Positions 29,199-39,321 of a DNA stretch of 64,000 bases are shown here, in pieces. The translations under genes and the position numbers were made by a program. Numbering within the stretch: the first letter of the stretch is position 1; the number at the start of each line of letters is the position of its first letter. Under the pieces are notes generated by a model. The model did no database searches and had not been told where the DNA came from. It saw only the letters and a program-made list of their open reading frames with translations. Location of the stretch: contig CAZNIK010000001.1 in assembly GCA_964573095.1 (NCBI GenBank), positions 56,507-120,506 of the forward strand. Direction: 5' to 3'. This DNA is from an uncultured Candidatus Saccharibacteria bacterium. GTDB lineage: Bacteria; Patescibacteriota; Saccharimonadia; Saccharimonadales; 2-12-FULL-41-12.

Positions 29199-29750
29199 CT
29201 AGACTTCGAGTTCGCCAATGCCTGGCTCGCCTGGTGCAGATTCGTCACCAGAGCCTGGCATTTGACCTATTCCTGGATCGTCGTAGTCGCCTCCAGCGCC
29301 CGCGCCAGCATAATCGACCCCTCCGGCCGCCGGGGCTTCCCCGACGGGTGCAGGTGGCGCAATTGGATCGATGGTACCCGCAACAGGAGTTGTGGGAGTG
29401 ACCACCGTTTGGCTTTCTGTGCCTACAACTGGGCTTGTTGTGGCAGTGGTTTCTGGAACTGGCAGATTGTTTTGTAGTGGCTGAACAGCCTCCGATGTTT
29501 CTGTGTTGTCGGCCGCGGTTTCAACGCTTTCTGGTGTGCTAACAGTGGGCGTTTCTTCAATGACTGGCAAAGGTTGCTCGGTGTTTACCGTCTCAACTTG
29601 GGCGCCTACTGGCTCCACTACTTGACCTGCTTGTTGGCTGGCGATTGGTACGAGCGTTTCTTCGTAGGCTTGTTGGGCTTGATTATAGTCACTGGTGATC
29701 CCAGTATCTTGTTTTTGTTGCGTACTGTCGTCTTGTGAAGAGTCGTCCAT
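29199..29750 (-). CDS. Acidic Pro/Thr/Glu-rich low-complexity protein
   Basis: 183-aa ORF, compositionally biased (PT-rich, many D/E), with no catalytic motifs. Its coding status is uncertain. Confidence 0.35.
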   Translation of the reverse strand: MDDSSQDDSTQQKQDTGITSDYNQAQQAYEETLVPIASQQAGQVVEPVGAQVETVNTEQPLPVIEETPTVSTPESVETAADNTETSEAVQPLQNNLPVPETTATTSPVVGTESQTVVTPTTPVAGTIDPIAPPAPVGEAPAAGGVDYAGAGAGGDYDDPGIGQMPGSGDESAPGEPGIGELEV

Positions 29751-29880
29751 TTGATACCCTTTATTTTACGTGATAATTATGGTTGCCACTATATATGCGG
29801 GCTATAGCTTTCGTCAATTAAGAATAGTATGAACTCCTAGGACATCGAGCTTGGGTTTGTGGTGCCTAGATGGCTAATGG

Positions 29881-30318
29881 CTACTGCAAGCCGGGGACGT
29901 ATTCGTGAATACTGCCGTACTCTATGTGGTGTTGTGGCGGGTTATTGATTGCCAAGAGCGCTGCTTTGATGGTTGGACTATGTGAGACTGCGACTACCGC
30001 ATCGAGGTCTTGAACTCGCCCAACACAAAGGTCTTCGAGAAGGGTGTTTGTAAGGTGTGCGAGAGCTGCGCTGTCGTCCGAGCGTGGCGAGAGTACATCG
30101 TTGTAGCATATTTCGTCTACCCCGAGTGTTTTGGCAATAATCTTTGAGGTTTCGTCGGCGCGAATAGTGCAAGAAGAAAAGATGGCAACTTTTCCCAAAT
30201 TTTCAGCCTTTAGCCAATCGGCTGCCTGTTGGGCTTGGTTTCTGCCAACTTCAATCAGTGGCCCGTCCTCTTTCGGTCCATACTCAAAAGCACCGTGTCG
30301 CACTAAAAAAGTTCTCAT
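29881..30318 (-). CDS. Histidine phosphatase family protein (SixA/phosphoglycerate-mutase-like)
   Basis: 145 aa; RHG motif at the N-terminus (LVRHGAFEY), a later SSCTIRADETSKI segment and a C-terminal VSHSP His. Confidence 0.55.
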   Translation of the reverse strand: MRTFLVRHGAFEYGPKEDGPLIEVGRNQAQQAADWLKAENLGKVAIFSSCTIRADETSKIIAKTLGVDEICYNDVLSPRSDDSAALAHLTNTLLEDLCVGRVQDLDAVVAVSHSPTIKAALLAINNPPQHHIEYGSIHEYVPGLQ

Positions 30319-30362
30319 GATAGTATCCTAGTTTGGCCAATGAGGATTTGCAAGCACTAGAG

Positions 30363-31649
30363 TTACTTTATTGTTATTGCCGCCAACTCATCCCAGCAGG
30401 TCGTATATCTTGGGCTTCTGGTAAGGTGTTTTGGCTCCCACGTTCGGCTAAGGTCCTCACTCGCAGCGTGTAGTAATCGTCGCCCATATTTATCGTTTAG
30501 TTTGTCCACGGCTTTCATTCGCCGCACCTCTTTGTCAAACTGGGCGGGATTTTTTGCGCCAAAGAGATCTGGTTGAAACGAGTCGTTTTTGACAAGATCG
30601 CTCAATAAAACTCCCCCTCGATGATAAAGGGCGCCTGGTTTGTGAAAAGAACTGAGCATTCTATTTGCGAGGGCAGTGAGCGCGCCTGTGTCGGCGGTAG
30701 CTTGGGCCAAAACTATTTCTTTTGTCCATTTTTGATAGCCGGGCTTATGGCGATTTGAAGACAGAAAAACCTGTAGCTTTCTTGCAACCAGGCCTTGGGT
30801 TCTGAGTCTATGTGCGGCACGCGCAACAAAACTTGCCAAGGCACTTTCTACGACGTGGAGCTGGTTTGTGTCTTCGCCGAACGTTCTTGTGGCGCTAATG
30901 CTCCGTTGCCCGACCTTAATTCGTTCGAGGGGGATACACGATTGCCCTCGAAGCTCTCGCACAAGGCGTTCGCCAATAATTGAACCAAATAATTTATGTC
31001 CTTGGGTGGGTGTGAGGTTCCGCAAGTCGTGTGCTGACGATAAACCAACTGCCCTTAGGCGTGGTGCCATTCGCCAGCCAATCCCCCAGATATCTTCAAG
31101 CGATGTCTGCTCGAGGTAGTGATCATGCTCGTTTTTGGAACTATCAATGTATAAAACGCCTTGCAAGACGTGGCTCTTCTTTGCGCGCTCACCTGCGAGT
31201 TTGGCGAGTGTTTTTGAGGTGGCGATGCCGATACTAACGGAGACGCCAGTCCATTTTTGAATTTTGGATCGCACGGCTTTTCCCCACTCTTCGAGGTCTG
31301 GTATTGATAGTTGCGAAATATCTAAAAACGACTCGTCGATCGAGTATACCTCCACGCGAGGGGTTATGCTGGTAAGTATTTCGGTAATGCGACGGGAGAT
31401 ATCACCGTACAATTCGAAGTTGGCACTAAAGCGCACCACCTGGTTTTCGTTCAACACTCGTTTGTATTTGAATGCCGGGGCTCCCATCGGAATTCCAAGC
31501 TGTTTCGCTTTGTTGCTTCTGGCTACAACGCAACCGTCGCCACTGCTAAGAACAACCACCGCCCTGCCCGCAAGATCTGGTCGAAAGATTTGTTCGCACG
31601 ACACAAAAAAGTTATTACAGTCAATCAGCGCAAATAGAGGTTGTTTCAT
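30363..31649 (-). CDS. umuC: Y-family translesion DNA polymerase (UmuC/DinB-like)
   Basis: The N-terminus LIDCNNFFVSCEQIFRPDLAGRAVVVLSSGDGCVVARSNKAKQLGIPMGAP is canonical for the UmuC/Pol IV palm domain. The start was set at MKQPLFAL, overlapping the umuD stop by 4 nt. Confidence 0.8.
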   Translation of the reverse strand: MKQPLFALIDCNNFFVSCEQIFRPDLAGRAVVVLSSGDGCVVARSNKAKQLGIPMGAPAFKYKRVLNENQVVRFSANFELYGDISRRITEILTSITPRVEVYSIDESFLDISQLSIPDLEEWGKAVRSKIQKWTGVSVSIGIATSKTLAKLAGERAKKSHVLQGVLYIDSSKNEHDHYLEQTSLEDIWGIGWRMAPRLRAVGLSSAHDLRNLTPTQGHKLFGSIIGERLVRELRGQSCIPLERIKVGQRSISATRTFGEDTNQLHVVESALASFVARAAHRLRTQGLVARKLQVFLSSNRHKPGYQKWTKEIVLAQATADTGALTALANRMLSSFHKPGALYHRGGVLLSDLVKNDSFQPDLFGAKNPAQFDKEVRRMKAVDKLNDKYGRRLLHAASEDLSRTWEPKHLTRSPRYTTCWDELAAITIK

Positions 31650-31987
31650 AGTTGCTTCATCCGATGAATAACAGAGGTTACAGTGCCCCATAGTTCTTTT
31701 TTTAGGGCATCTGCGGCCAGATTACTCATGACGAATTGGTCGTGATCCCACCAAACCACCACGTCGTTTTTAGTTGGCTCAACTGCTCGATCTATCACTA
31801 CAATGTCACCAGAAAATATGCCCAGCTCTTTCCATTCATTGCTGTCAAGGCGCATCAAATAAGTTGCTGAAGGATGTGCGATAAGTAGGCGTGAGAGGTC
31901 GAGCTGTCGGCTTTGTGAGCCAATTGCCGCATTTGGAAACCCAGCGTGTGTTGAAACACCGAGATCTCTAAGTGCCTCTTCGTCCAT
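31646..31987 (-). CDS. umuD: UmuD-like LexA/S24 peptidase-domain protein
   Basis: 113 aa; AGFPNAA (cleavage-site region), LDLSRLLIAHPSATYLMRLDSNEW (Ser nucleophile region) and GIFSGDIVVIDR, consistent with the S24 fold; lies upstream of umuC. Confidence 0.65.
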   Translation of the reverse strand: MDEEALRDLGVSTHAGFPNAAIGSQSRQLDLSRLLIAHPSATYLMRLDSNEWKELGIFSGDIVVIDRAVEPTKNDVVVWWDHDQFVMSNLAADALKKELWGTVTSVIHRMKQL

Positions 31988-32006
31988 AGAATTAGTATAG
32001 TTCTTT

Positions 32007-32381
32007 TTAGAGTGATTCTATAAAGCGAACAAGTTCTTTTGGAGTAATATCGGCCTTGATGACGTAGCCGTCAGCGTCTTTTTCTATCGATTGGCGAGTT
32101 TTTTCATCTTGCTCAAGATTTGTCGCAATAATAACCTTTGCTCGAAGATCTGGTTTGTCTGAGCGTAGTCTTTTTAGAACATCTACGCCGAGCATCTCGG
32201 GAATAATAATATCGAGCAATATTACGTCAAATTCATCGCTCATGGCTCTTTCCAGCCCTTTATCGCCAGTGTTGACGACCTCGATTTTATGACCAGCTTT
32301 TGTGAGCGCGCGCTCATAAAGCTCGCCAATAAAGCGTTCGTCTTCGATGCATAGAATATTTTTTGGTTTGGTTTGTTCCAT
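32007..32381 (-). CDS. Stand-alone response regulator receiver (CheY-like)
   Basis: 124 aa; DD...D(ILLDIIIPE)...T...K pattern; no output domain; downstream of the histidine kinase. Confidence 0.75.
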   Translation of the reverse strand: MEQTKPKNILCIEDERFIGELYERALTKAGHKIEVVNTGDKGLERAMSDEFDVILLDIIIPEMLGVDVLKRLRSDKPDLRAKVIIATNLEQDEKTRQSIEKDADGYVIKADITPKELVRFIESL

Positions 32382-32387
32382 TATCTC

Positions 32388-33917
32388 CTACTGTCGTTGC
32401 ATGGTGTGGTTTTTTATCCATCCGTGTCGCTGTCGGGTGATCTCATTATTATCTGTTTTGTCAGCTTCGGCAAGGCGATCGTACGGTAATATTGTAAAAC
32501 TGAAGGTGCTTCCCTTGCCGTCACTCGACTGAGCCCAGATGTGTCCATGGTGGGCTGTAATGATTGCTTTCGATAAATATAATCCCAGGCCAGTGCCACC
32601 AATTTGGTTTGCGTTTCGGTGATTTCTGTAGAACTTCGTAAAAAGGTGTGGCATCACCGAGCTTGGTATTCCGACTCCTTGGTCCTGGACGGTGGTCTCG
32701 ACCAAGCCTTCTTGATTCACATAGCTCTTTACAATGATCGACGGGGCGCTTTCGGGGCTGTACTTGATGGCATTATCTACTAGATTGGTGAGGACTTCAG
32801 AGATTGTGATTTTGTCGACCGCTACCGGAGGAATATTTTCTCCAACTTCTAGGGAGATAACCTTATCATTTACTTTTGCCCGCATCTGAAGGCTGCTCAG
32901 AACGGTTTTTAGGGTTAACACCCAATCATCCTCGCTGAGATGCAAGTTTAGTTGATTCTCTTCGACGCGAGCGACGCTAAGGATTTTTGAGACGAATCCA
33001 GCAAGCGTTTCGGCAGAGATATTCATTTTATATATAAAGGTTTTTGTTTCGTCATTGATGTTTGGGCCAAGCTCGTCTTCTATTGCTTCGATATAGCCTC
33101 GGAGAATTGTGAGGGGTGTGCGCAGTTCGTGGACAGCCAGTGCCACAAAACTCATGGCGTCTTGTTCTGTGGCATAGGCGTCACTATGATCGAAGAATAC
33201 TATCATCAGTTCGATGCCGCTGGCGTTTTGTTGGCTCAAGCTTGCGGCGATATCAAAGTAGGTTGACTCACTGGTGCCAGCTTTCGTTACCTTGACCTTA
33301 TTCCAGGTTTTATTTGCGTTTACCGCCTGGTTTTTGGTCGCTTCTAGCCAGGCATCCAATGTGTCATCGGCTTCAAACTCGAGTGTCATTATCTGATGGA
33401 GGCTTGACCCAGCTAAGCCAGAGTTATCTTTAAACACCGCAGCCGCCGTCGTGTTTGAGATGATGATTTTGCCAGCAGAGTCGAGTCCAAATATCGGCAG
33501 TGTAATTAGATCGAGCGAAGACTGCTGATTTGTGGCTGTACGGGCTGTTTGAGTCGGCGCTCCGTTGGTTGCGAGATCGTATACTTGACGCGCAAGCGAC
33601 GCAACCAACTCTCGGCCAAGAGACAGTTCGTCAATGTTTGGTGCGGCGATAAGTGTTTCCTTGGGCGAAATGTGAAGGATTGCTTGTGACAAGTAGCGCA
33701 TTGGTTTTGTGGCCGCCCCCCCGATATGAGAACTCGCGAAAATACACACGATACCCCAGAATACCGCCGCTACAGGAAAAACCACGACCGATGGTAGCTC
33801 GAGCACCTCGACAGCTACAAAAAGAGCGCCAATGCAGATAAGGCCTAAAATCAGCAGCCATATCAGCACTCGGGCCTTTATGGCCGAGACGTATTTTTCT
33901 ATAAAACCCTCATTCAC
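32388..33917 (-). CDS. Sensor histidine kinase (2 TM, HisKA, HATPase_c)
   Basis: H-box LAVHELRTPLTILRGYIEAI; N box TNLVDNAIKYS; G boxes DQGVGIP and GGTGLGLYLSKAIITAHHGHIWAQSSDGKGSTF. Confidence 0.8.
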   Translation of the reverse strand: MNEGFIEKYVSAIKARVLIWLLILGLICIGALFVAVEVLELPSVVVFPVAAVFWGIVCIFASSHIGGAATKPMRYLSQAILHISPKETLIAAPNIDELSLGRELVASLARQVYDLATNGAPTQTARTATNQQSSLDLITLPIFGLDSAGKIIISNTTAAAVFKDNSGLAGSSLHQIMTLEFEADDTLDAWLEATKNQAVNANKTWNKVKVTKAGTSESTYFDIAASLSQQNASGIELMIVFFDHSDAYATEQDAMSFVALAVHELRTPLTILRGYIEAIEDELGPNINDETKTFIYKMNISAETLAGFVSKILSVARVEENQLNLHLSEDDWVLTLKTVLSSLQMRAKVNDKVISLEVGENIPPVAVDKITISEVLTNLVDNAIKYSPESAPSIIVKSYVNQEGLVETTVQDQGVGIPSSVMPHLFTKFYRNHRNANQIGGTGLGLYLSKAIITAHHGHIWAQSSDGKGSTFSFTILPYDRLAEADKTDNNEITRQRHGWIKNHTMQRQ

Positions 33918-33945
33918 CTACTTGCCCACCTCCGTTAAAGTAGTG

Positions 33946-35163
33946 TTACGGACTGTATTTTGCTGCACCAGGATCTTTCAGAAGAGTAAACCAGGTTTGG
34001 CCAGCATCTAATGCGACTGGCTTTCCATCAGCTCCAACAAATTGTAGTTGCTCTTTGTCGCCGGCTTTTTTCCATGTGACTTGCTGAACTTGACCATCTT
34101 GAAAGATAAAAGCAGTTCCTTCACCAGTCGTTTGGTAGACCGAGTATATCCCGCTTTGTGACCAGCCCATGACCAGCGCTACTACCGTCTTGGGGGCGAG
34201 CTGTGCCCCGCTACGCTCATCAGTATGCGGTCGTCCTCCCATACTCCTAAGATATGTATTGGAAGCGGCATCGTAGTCGTAGTGCACATTGTAAAGTGGG
34301 CTAGAGATCGTAAAGTCTATTGCCTTTGCGGTGGGAGGTAAGCCTTTCTTTTCATCTTTTCGAAGAAAGCTTTTTACATCACTGGTGTTATAGCCTCTTC
34401 CTCGAGAAGCTTCATCCAGTTTCGCCATTGAGCTATAAAGATTATGTGGGGCATATCTGTTACTTACTCTCTGAAACGCCCCGCCATTTGCTCCGTGGTC
34501 AAGATCTTTTAATCCCAAAGCTCGAAGCGTTGCGAGGCCGTCCGCGCTCCCCCCAGCATGAACAAAAATTGGATCAAATGGTGCCGTCAAACGAGCATAG
34601 TAAGGCCGCACTGATCTAATGGGTCCTATATAGTCTGGTTGTGATTCAAGGAATGAGGCATTAAATCTAGTAATGCCACCTTCAGCAATTGCTTCAAACA
34701 CAACCCCAGCGTCCTTTAAGCCCGACTGTGGACGAGCATCGGGGCTATTTTCGATCTGAATAGATGTTACGGGTCGTTTGTTGACATCAATCGGAATTTG
34801 AACCCCTGTGAGTCTTGATGCCTCAGTTGTGGGTTTTGGTGGTGCTTCTTTTTTCTGTACCACTGGTGGGGTTGCTGCCGGTGTGCTTTTTCGCGTGAGG
34901 GCGTATGCGCTGCCACTTCCAATGATAAGTACAACACCAACAAGTACGCCGAGTAGAACTTTTTGTCGTTTGCTTAGGTTCTTTATCGAAAAGCGTGTCC
35001 GATTTTTGCCGTCATCAGCGGATACTTTTGTTATTACAAAGCCGTCCTCCCTTGCCATGAGCTCGGGTTCTACAAAGACTGGTTCACTCGGTGGAGCTGC
35101 TATTTCGAGGTTTTTGTTTTCATCCCCAGGTTTAGGTCCTCGGGGACGGATGTCGTCGACCAT
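33946..35163 (-). CDS. DUF3048-family (YerB-like) membrane-anchored protein
   Basis: N-terminal disordered region plus a TM, then a domain whose conserved stretch (ENSPDARPQSGLKDAGVVFEAIAEGGITRFNASF) matches my recollection of DUF3048; this is from memory. Confidence 0.45.
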   Translation of the reverse strand: MVDDIRPRGPKPGDENKNLEIAAPPSEPVFVEPELMAREDGFVITKVSADDGKNRTRFSIKNLSKRQKVLLGVLVGVVLIIGSGSAYALTRKSTPAATPPVVQKKEAPPKPTTEASRLTGVQIPIDVNKRPVTSIQIENSPDARPQSGLKDAGVVFEAIAEGGITRFNASFLESQPDYIGPIRSVRPYYARLTAPFDPIFVHAGGSADGLATLRALGLKDLDHGANGGAFQRVSNRYAPHNLYSSMAKLDEASRGRGYNTSDVKSFLRKDEKKGLPPTAKAIDFTISSPLYNVHYDYDAASNTYLRSMGGRPHTDERSGAQLAPKTVVALVMGWSQSGIYSVYQTTGEGTAFIFQDGQVQQVTWKKAGDKEQLQFVGADGKPVALDAGQTWFTLLKDPGAAKYSP

Positions 35164-35190
35164 AGGGTATATTTTAGAATGCTTACGTTT

Positions 35191-36639
35191 TTAAGGCAAA
35201 TCTGGAAATGATTCAATTTGAGCGTCTATTCGTCGCAATGCGACATCTTTGCCGAGGGTTTCCATGGTTTCAGCAAGCCCCGGACTTGACGGGCTTTGTG
35301 TGACTGCGATGCGGATAAGGCTAAACAAGACCCGGGGCTTCTGACCAGTCTCCTCGAGCAGCTGATTTAGTGTTATTTGCAGTGCCGTGTTGCTCCAGTC
35401 GTTCTGCGCAAGGAGCTGCGCCCTTGCCCGCTTCAGCCAGTCTGCAAGTGCAGACGGCTCGTAGCTGTTTAGCGAGCTGTTTTGATTTATTAGCTGATTG
35501 TTTAGGGGTAGATCACGAAAGAAGAAGTCTGTTAGGTCTGGAAGCTCCTCAAAGTACTTGAGGCGCTCTTGCACGAGGCTCAAAACTGCTCGCTTGTATG
35601 AAGCGTCGCTTGTTTTTGCTGAATGAGGCCAATAGGACTCAACCCTTGTGACTAAATCATCAAGAGGCATATTTCGGATGAAGTACCCATTTGTCCAGAG
35701 CAAGCGCTTCTCGTCAAACTGGGCGCCGCTTTTTTGAACTCGTTCGAGGCTGAAAGAGCGGAGTAATTCCTCGCGGCTGAATACTTCCTTGGTTGTGCCA
35801 TCATTCCAGCCAAGAGTTGCAATAAAGCTAATAAGGGCATCTGGAAGAAACCCACTGCGCACATACTCCAAAATGTCTTTGGCGTTATCCCGCTTGCTCA
35901 GCTTTTTGTTTCCGACCTCATTTAATATATGAGGCACAGTTGCAATTCGCGGGGGTTTTATCGATAGCGCTTCATACAAGTCAAGGTAGTTTGGCATGCT
36001 CGAAATGAATTCTTGGCCTCGAATAATGTGGGTTATATGCATCTCGGCATCGTCGACGATATGCGCAAAGTTATAGGTCGGATAGCCATCGGACTTAAGT
36101 AGTATAAAGTCATCACTTTCGCCTTCGGGGGTTGTAATTGGTCCAAAAACGTCGTCTTGATAAGTGCGGGAACTCACGCTGCTCTTAAAGCGCAGTGGTT
36201 TTGTTCCGTCCCATTTGGGCGGATCTTTGGGTCTATGATCGCGAAACTTAAACGCCCGTCGTTCTTTTTGTGCTTTTTCGCGCAGCGATTGAATTTCGCT
36301 GGGAGAATACGGATCGGCGTATGCTCGGTCGGCATCAATCAATTTTTGTGCCCATTTTTTGTATATATCAAGACGCTCGCTTTGACGATATGGTCCGTAC
36401 TCTCCGCCGATGTGGGGCCCTTCGTCTGGCATGAGTCCAAGCGCCGAGAGACTGTCGATAATATGGGTTTCTGCACCAGAGACTTCGCGCGTTTTGTCAG
36501 TATCTTCAATTCGTAGTACAAATTGGCCGTGTGTTTGTCTGGCTACAAGCCACGCAAAAAGCGCCGTTCGAACGCCGCCCACGTGCAGATACCCAGTCGG
36601 GCTTGGTGCAAATCTAGTTCTTGCTGGCTCCATCTGCAT
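35191..36639 (-). CDS. gltX: Glutamate--tRNA ligase
   Basis: 482 aa; HIGH-type motif (PSPTGYLHVGG) and KMSKS-type motif (KLSKR); class I GluRS layout. Confidence 0.85.
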   Translation of the reverse strand: MQMEPARTRFAPSPTGYLHVGGVRTALFAWLVARQTHGQFVLRIEDTDKTREVSGAETHIIDSLSALGLMPDEGPHIGGEYGPYRQSERLDIYKKWAQKLIDADRAYADPYSPSEIQSLREKAQKERRAFKFRDHRPKDPPKWDGTKPLRFKSSVSSRTYQDDVFGPITTPEGESDDFILLKSDGYPTYNFAHIVDDAEMHITHIIRGQEFISSMPNYLDLYEALSIKPPRIATVPHILNEVGNKKLSKRDNAKDILEYVRSGFLPDALISFIATLGWNDGTTKEVFSREELLRSFSLERVQKSGAQFDEKRLLWTNGYFIRNMPLDDLVTRVESYWPHSAKTSDASYKRAVLSLVQERLKYFEELPDLTDFFFRDLPLNNQLINQNSSLNSYEPSALADWLKRARAQLLAQNDWSNTALQITLNQLLEETGQKPRVLFSLIRIAVTQSPSSPGLAETMETLGKDVALRRIDAQIESFPDLP

Positions 36640-36656
36640 TATTGTAACAGATGAGA

Positions 36657-37688
36657 CTAGAGACTATTGGCGATACGAAGCAGTTGATCGCTTGTTAGGC
36701 TGGCATCGCCCTCGAGCTGGTACCACACGCCGCCATCTACCCAGGTGGCGTTTGAGCTGTTGTAGATATATACCGTCTTGCCGCCGTCTTGATAGGTTTG
36801 GTAGGGTTGTTTGTTCTGGGTAACGGTGTTTGCGAGCAGCGAAGCACTATTCCAGTTACTTGCCTGTTGCGTGAGTGTGAAGCCTTTATTGTCGGTGCGA
36901 GATCTAAAAGAAACCGAAACCTTACCTGGTTCGTGCTTGACAGAAGTAGCACCATACCCAGCCGGTTTATATCCAGGCATGCTCGCGGGAACTCCCGCGC
37001 GCGTTGCTGCGAGCCGCATTTCTATCGACGGCGCATTCTGGTAGGCAAAGAAGCCTACCAGCAAAAGCCCCGCGACCGATAAAAGTGCGATGTTTCCAGC
37101 TTTACTTTTGAGTCCGTATCTTCGCAGCGCGCGGCCCTTTTTGTGGGCTGCGGAGTCAAACTCTTTTAGGTGCGAGTCAGCGTTTTTTATTGCTTGTTCA
37201 AATATAGTGGGCTGAGTGGTGTGGTGATTCGCTTGTCGGGTTGAATTGCTGCCGCCTTTGTGCGGCTTCGCTACAGGCAATGCAACTGGTAGATGAGCCT
37301 GTCTTTTTGGTACAGACGTATGTGCGTTGGAATGATTGAATCTATGGACAAGCGGGTTTTTCGAGCTTTGTTTTGCTCTGAGCTCTCGAGCTTTTGTGGT
37401 TGCATCTTCCGCGATCGGTCTTTTTGAAGTGACATCGTTTCTAATGACGGGTTTCTTAACTGCCGGTCGCATAAGGGTCTTGGCTTTATCCTGCTTGCGG
37501 GTTGCCGTTGGAGCAACTTGGTGAGTCCCGCGGGTTTTTTTTCGAGCAAAACCATCAATGGCAGTTCCAGTTTTCGGTATGACGCTGGTGGGCGTCGGTT
37601 TTTCGGAAGGGACGTCGCTGATAATTCTGCCACTTCGGGCGTCATACCTTTTACCGTTTAGCTCGATTGTTGAAGTGTTATTTCCCAA
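36657..37688 (-). CDS. Hypothetical membrane-anchored protein
   Basis: 343 aa; a basic/low-complexity N-terminal half, a single TM (IALLSVAGLLLVGFFAY), then a C-terminal extracytoplasmic domain. It is 17 bp upstream of gltX on the same strand. Confidence 0.4.
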   Translation of the reverse strand: MGNNTSTIELNGKRYDARSGRIISDVPSEKPTPTSVIPKTGTAIDGFARKKTRGTHQVAPTATRKQDKAKTLMRPAVKKPVIRNDVTSKRPIAEDATTKARELRAKQSSKNPLVHRFNHSNAHTSVPKRQAHLPVALPVAKPHKGGSNSTRQANHHTTQPTIFEQAIKNADSHLKEFDSAAHKKGRALRRYGLKSKAGNIALLSVAGLLLVGFFAYQNAPSIEMRLAATRAGVPASMPGYKPAGYGATSVKHEPGKVSVSFRSRTDNKGFTLTQQASNWNSASLLANTVTQNKQPYQTYQDGGKTVYIYNSSNATWVDGGVWYQLEGDASLTSDQLLRIANSL

Positions 37689-37830
37689 CGCTGGTGCCTT
37701 GACCCTGTTTAGATTTTTGGTGCTTATTCAATAGTGTAGTCCTATCTGTCAAAAAAATAAAGCAAATTTTGCCTCTTTCTTAAGCTGTGAATAATCCAAA
37801 AAAAATGGTATAACTGAGTGCTGTAGTAAC

Positions 37831-39318
37831 ATGGATTTTCTTGACCCAAAAGCAAAAAAAAGACGCGGCGTTCGACTTGGAGTCGGATATGTTCTGACAG
37901 CTATCCTCATTTTAACTGCAACCACTATTTTGGTTTTTAACGCCTATGGATTTGATGTTGACAGGAAAACCGGCGAAGTAATCCAGAATGGACTGGCATA
38001 CATTGACAGTGCTCCTAACGGTGCAACGATTCGCCTAAACGGCAAAGAGTATAAAGACCGGACAAACACCCGAATAACCCTGCAAAGTGGCGGCTACGAC
38101 TTATCGATCTACAAGAATGATTATAGGGACTGGAACCGGGCGTTTTCGCTGGACGGAGGAGAGGTTCAGCGTCTTACATATCCTCTGCTTATTCCAAAAA
38201 CACTCGACAGAACAACAGTCTTTGGCTATGAATCGGCACCAAGTTTTGTGTCGGAAAGTCCAGACCGTCGATGGGTCATTACGAGCGTTTCCAACTCACT
38301 TACGAGCTATATTCAGTATGACCTCAATACGTTGACTGCAAATAAGCTGCCAACTGAGAAGGCGATCGCCTTTCCCGCAGAACTTTTCACGAAAGCTGAC
38401 GGTGGCCACAGTGTTGAGTTGGTCGAATGGTCCAATGACAACAAGCACCTTCTCGTCAAACACAGTTTTGCTGGTGGCCAGGAGTTTGTGGTACTCAATC
38501 GGGATGTTCCAACAGAGTCAATCAACATCAATAAGCTACTCAACCAAAACCCAGGAGCTGTATCTTTGATAGACAAGAAATATGATAAATGGTATCTGCT
38601 TACAAACCCTGGAGGACAGCTTGCGACAGCGGATGCAAAAACCAAGCAAGCCACCCCTCTTCTGTCTGGTGTCGGTGTCTATAAGTCTCATGGCGAAGAT
38701 ACGTTGGTCTACACGATGCCAGTAGTAAATTCCAACGTCCAGCGAGTTATGATTCGCCAAGGCAATGACACGTACGCAATCCGTGAAATTTCAGCTGGCA
38801 CCGCTATGTTAGATATCGCCCGCTACGATAGTTCTTGGTATATCGTCATTGGAAGTGCCACTGATAAAAAAACCTATGTGTACAAAAACCCCCAAACAAT
38901 CCTTTCAAAACGCGACAAGTCTCGACCAGTTCCCTCGGCCGTGCTCCGAAGCCCCGATTCTCTTACAAAGGTGGGGTTTTCGCAGAACACGCGCTTTGTT
39001 TCCTCGCAAAGCGGACAACACTTCGAGGTTTATGACGCCGAATACAAGAAGCTCTATCGGTTTAATGTTGCAAAGCCGTTTGATCCCGGAAGTACTGTCA
39101 CTTGGATGGACGGCCATAGGTTGTCGGCCAAGAGTGGCGGCACATTAATTATTTTTGATTTTGACGGTTCTAATCTCCAGGATCTCGTTGCCTCGATTCC
39201 CCAATCGATACCAATGTTTGATAGGGATTATACGTTGCTTTACAGCGTTGGTGCTTCGAGCACCCCAAACAAATTCGATTTTGTAAAAACAAATTTACGC
39301 GCTAAGGCCGACCAATAA
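37831..39318 (+). CDS. Hypothetical membrane-anchored protein with PEGA-like domain and beta-rich C-terminus
   Basis: N-terminal TM; IRLNGKEYKDRTNTRITLQSGGYDLSIYKNDYRDW resembles a PEGA domain; the remainder was not recognised. Confidence 0.4.
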   Translation: MDFLDPKAKKRRGVRLGVGYVLTAILILTATTILVFNAYGFDVDRKTGEVIQNGLAYIDSAPNGATIRLNGKEYKDRTNTRITLQSGGYDLSIYKNDYRDWNRAFSLDGGEVQRLTYPLLIPKTLDRTTVFGYESAPSFVSESPDRRWVITSVSNSLTSYIQYDLNTLTANKLPTEKAIAFPAELFTKADGGHSVELVEWSNDNKHLLVKHSFAGGQEFVVLNRDVPTESININKLLNQNPGAVSLIDKKYDKWYLLTNPGGQLATADAKTKQATPLLSGVGVYKSHGEDTLVYTMPVVNSNVQRVMIRQGNDTYAIREISAGTAMLDIARYDSSWYIVIGSATDKKTYVYKNPQTILSKRDKSRPVPSAVLRSPDSLTKVGFSQNTRFVSSQSGQHFEVYDAEYKKLYRFNVAKPFDPGSTVTWMDGHRLSAKSGGTLIIFDFDGSNLQDLVASIPQSIPMFDRDYTLLYSVGASSTPNKFDFVKTNLRAKADQ

Positions 39319-39321
39319 GCC

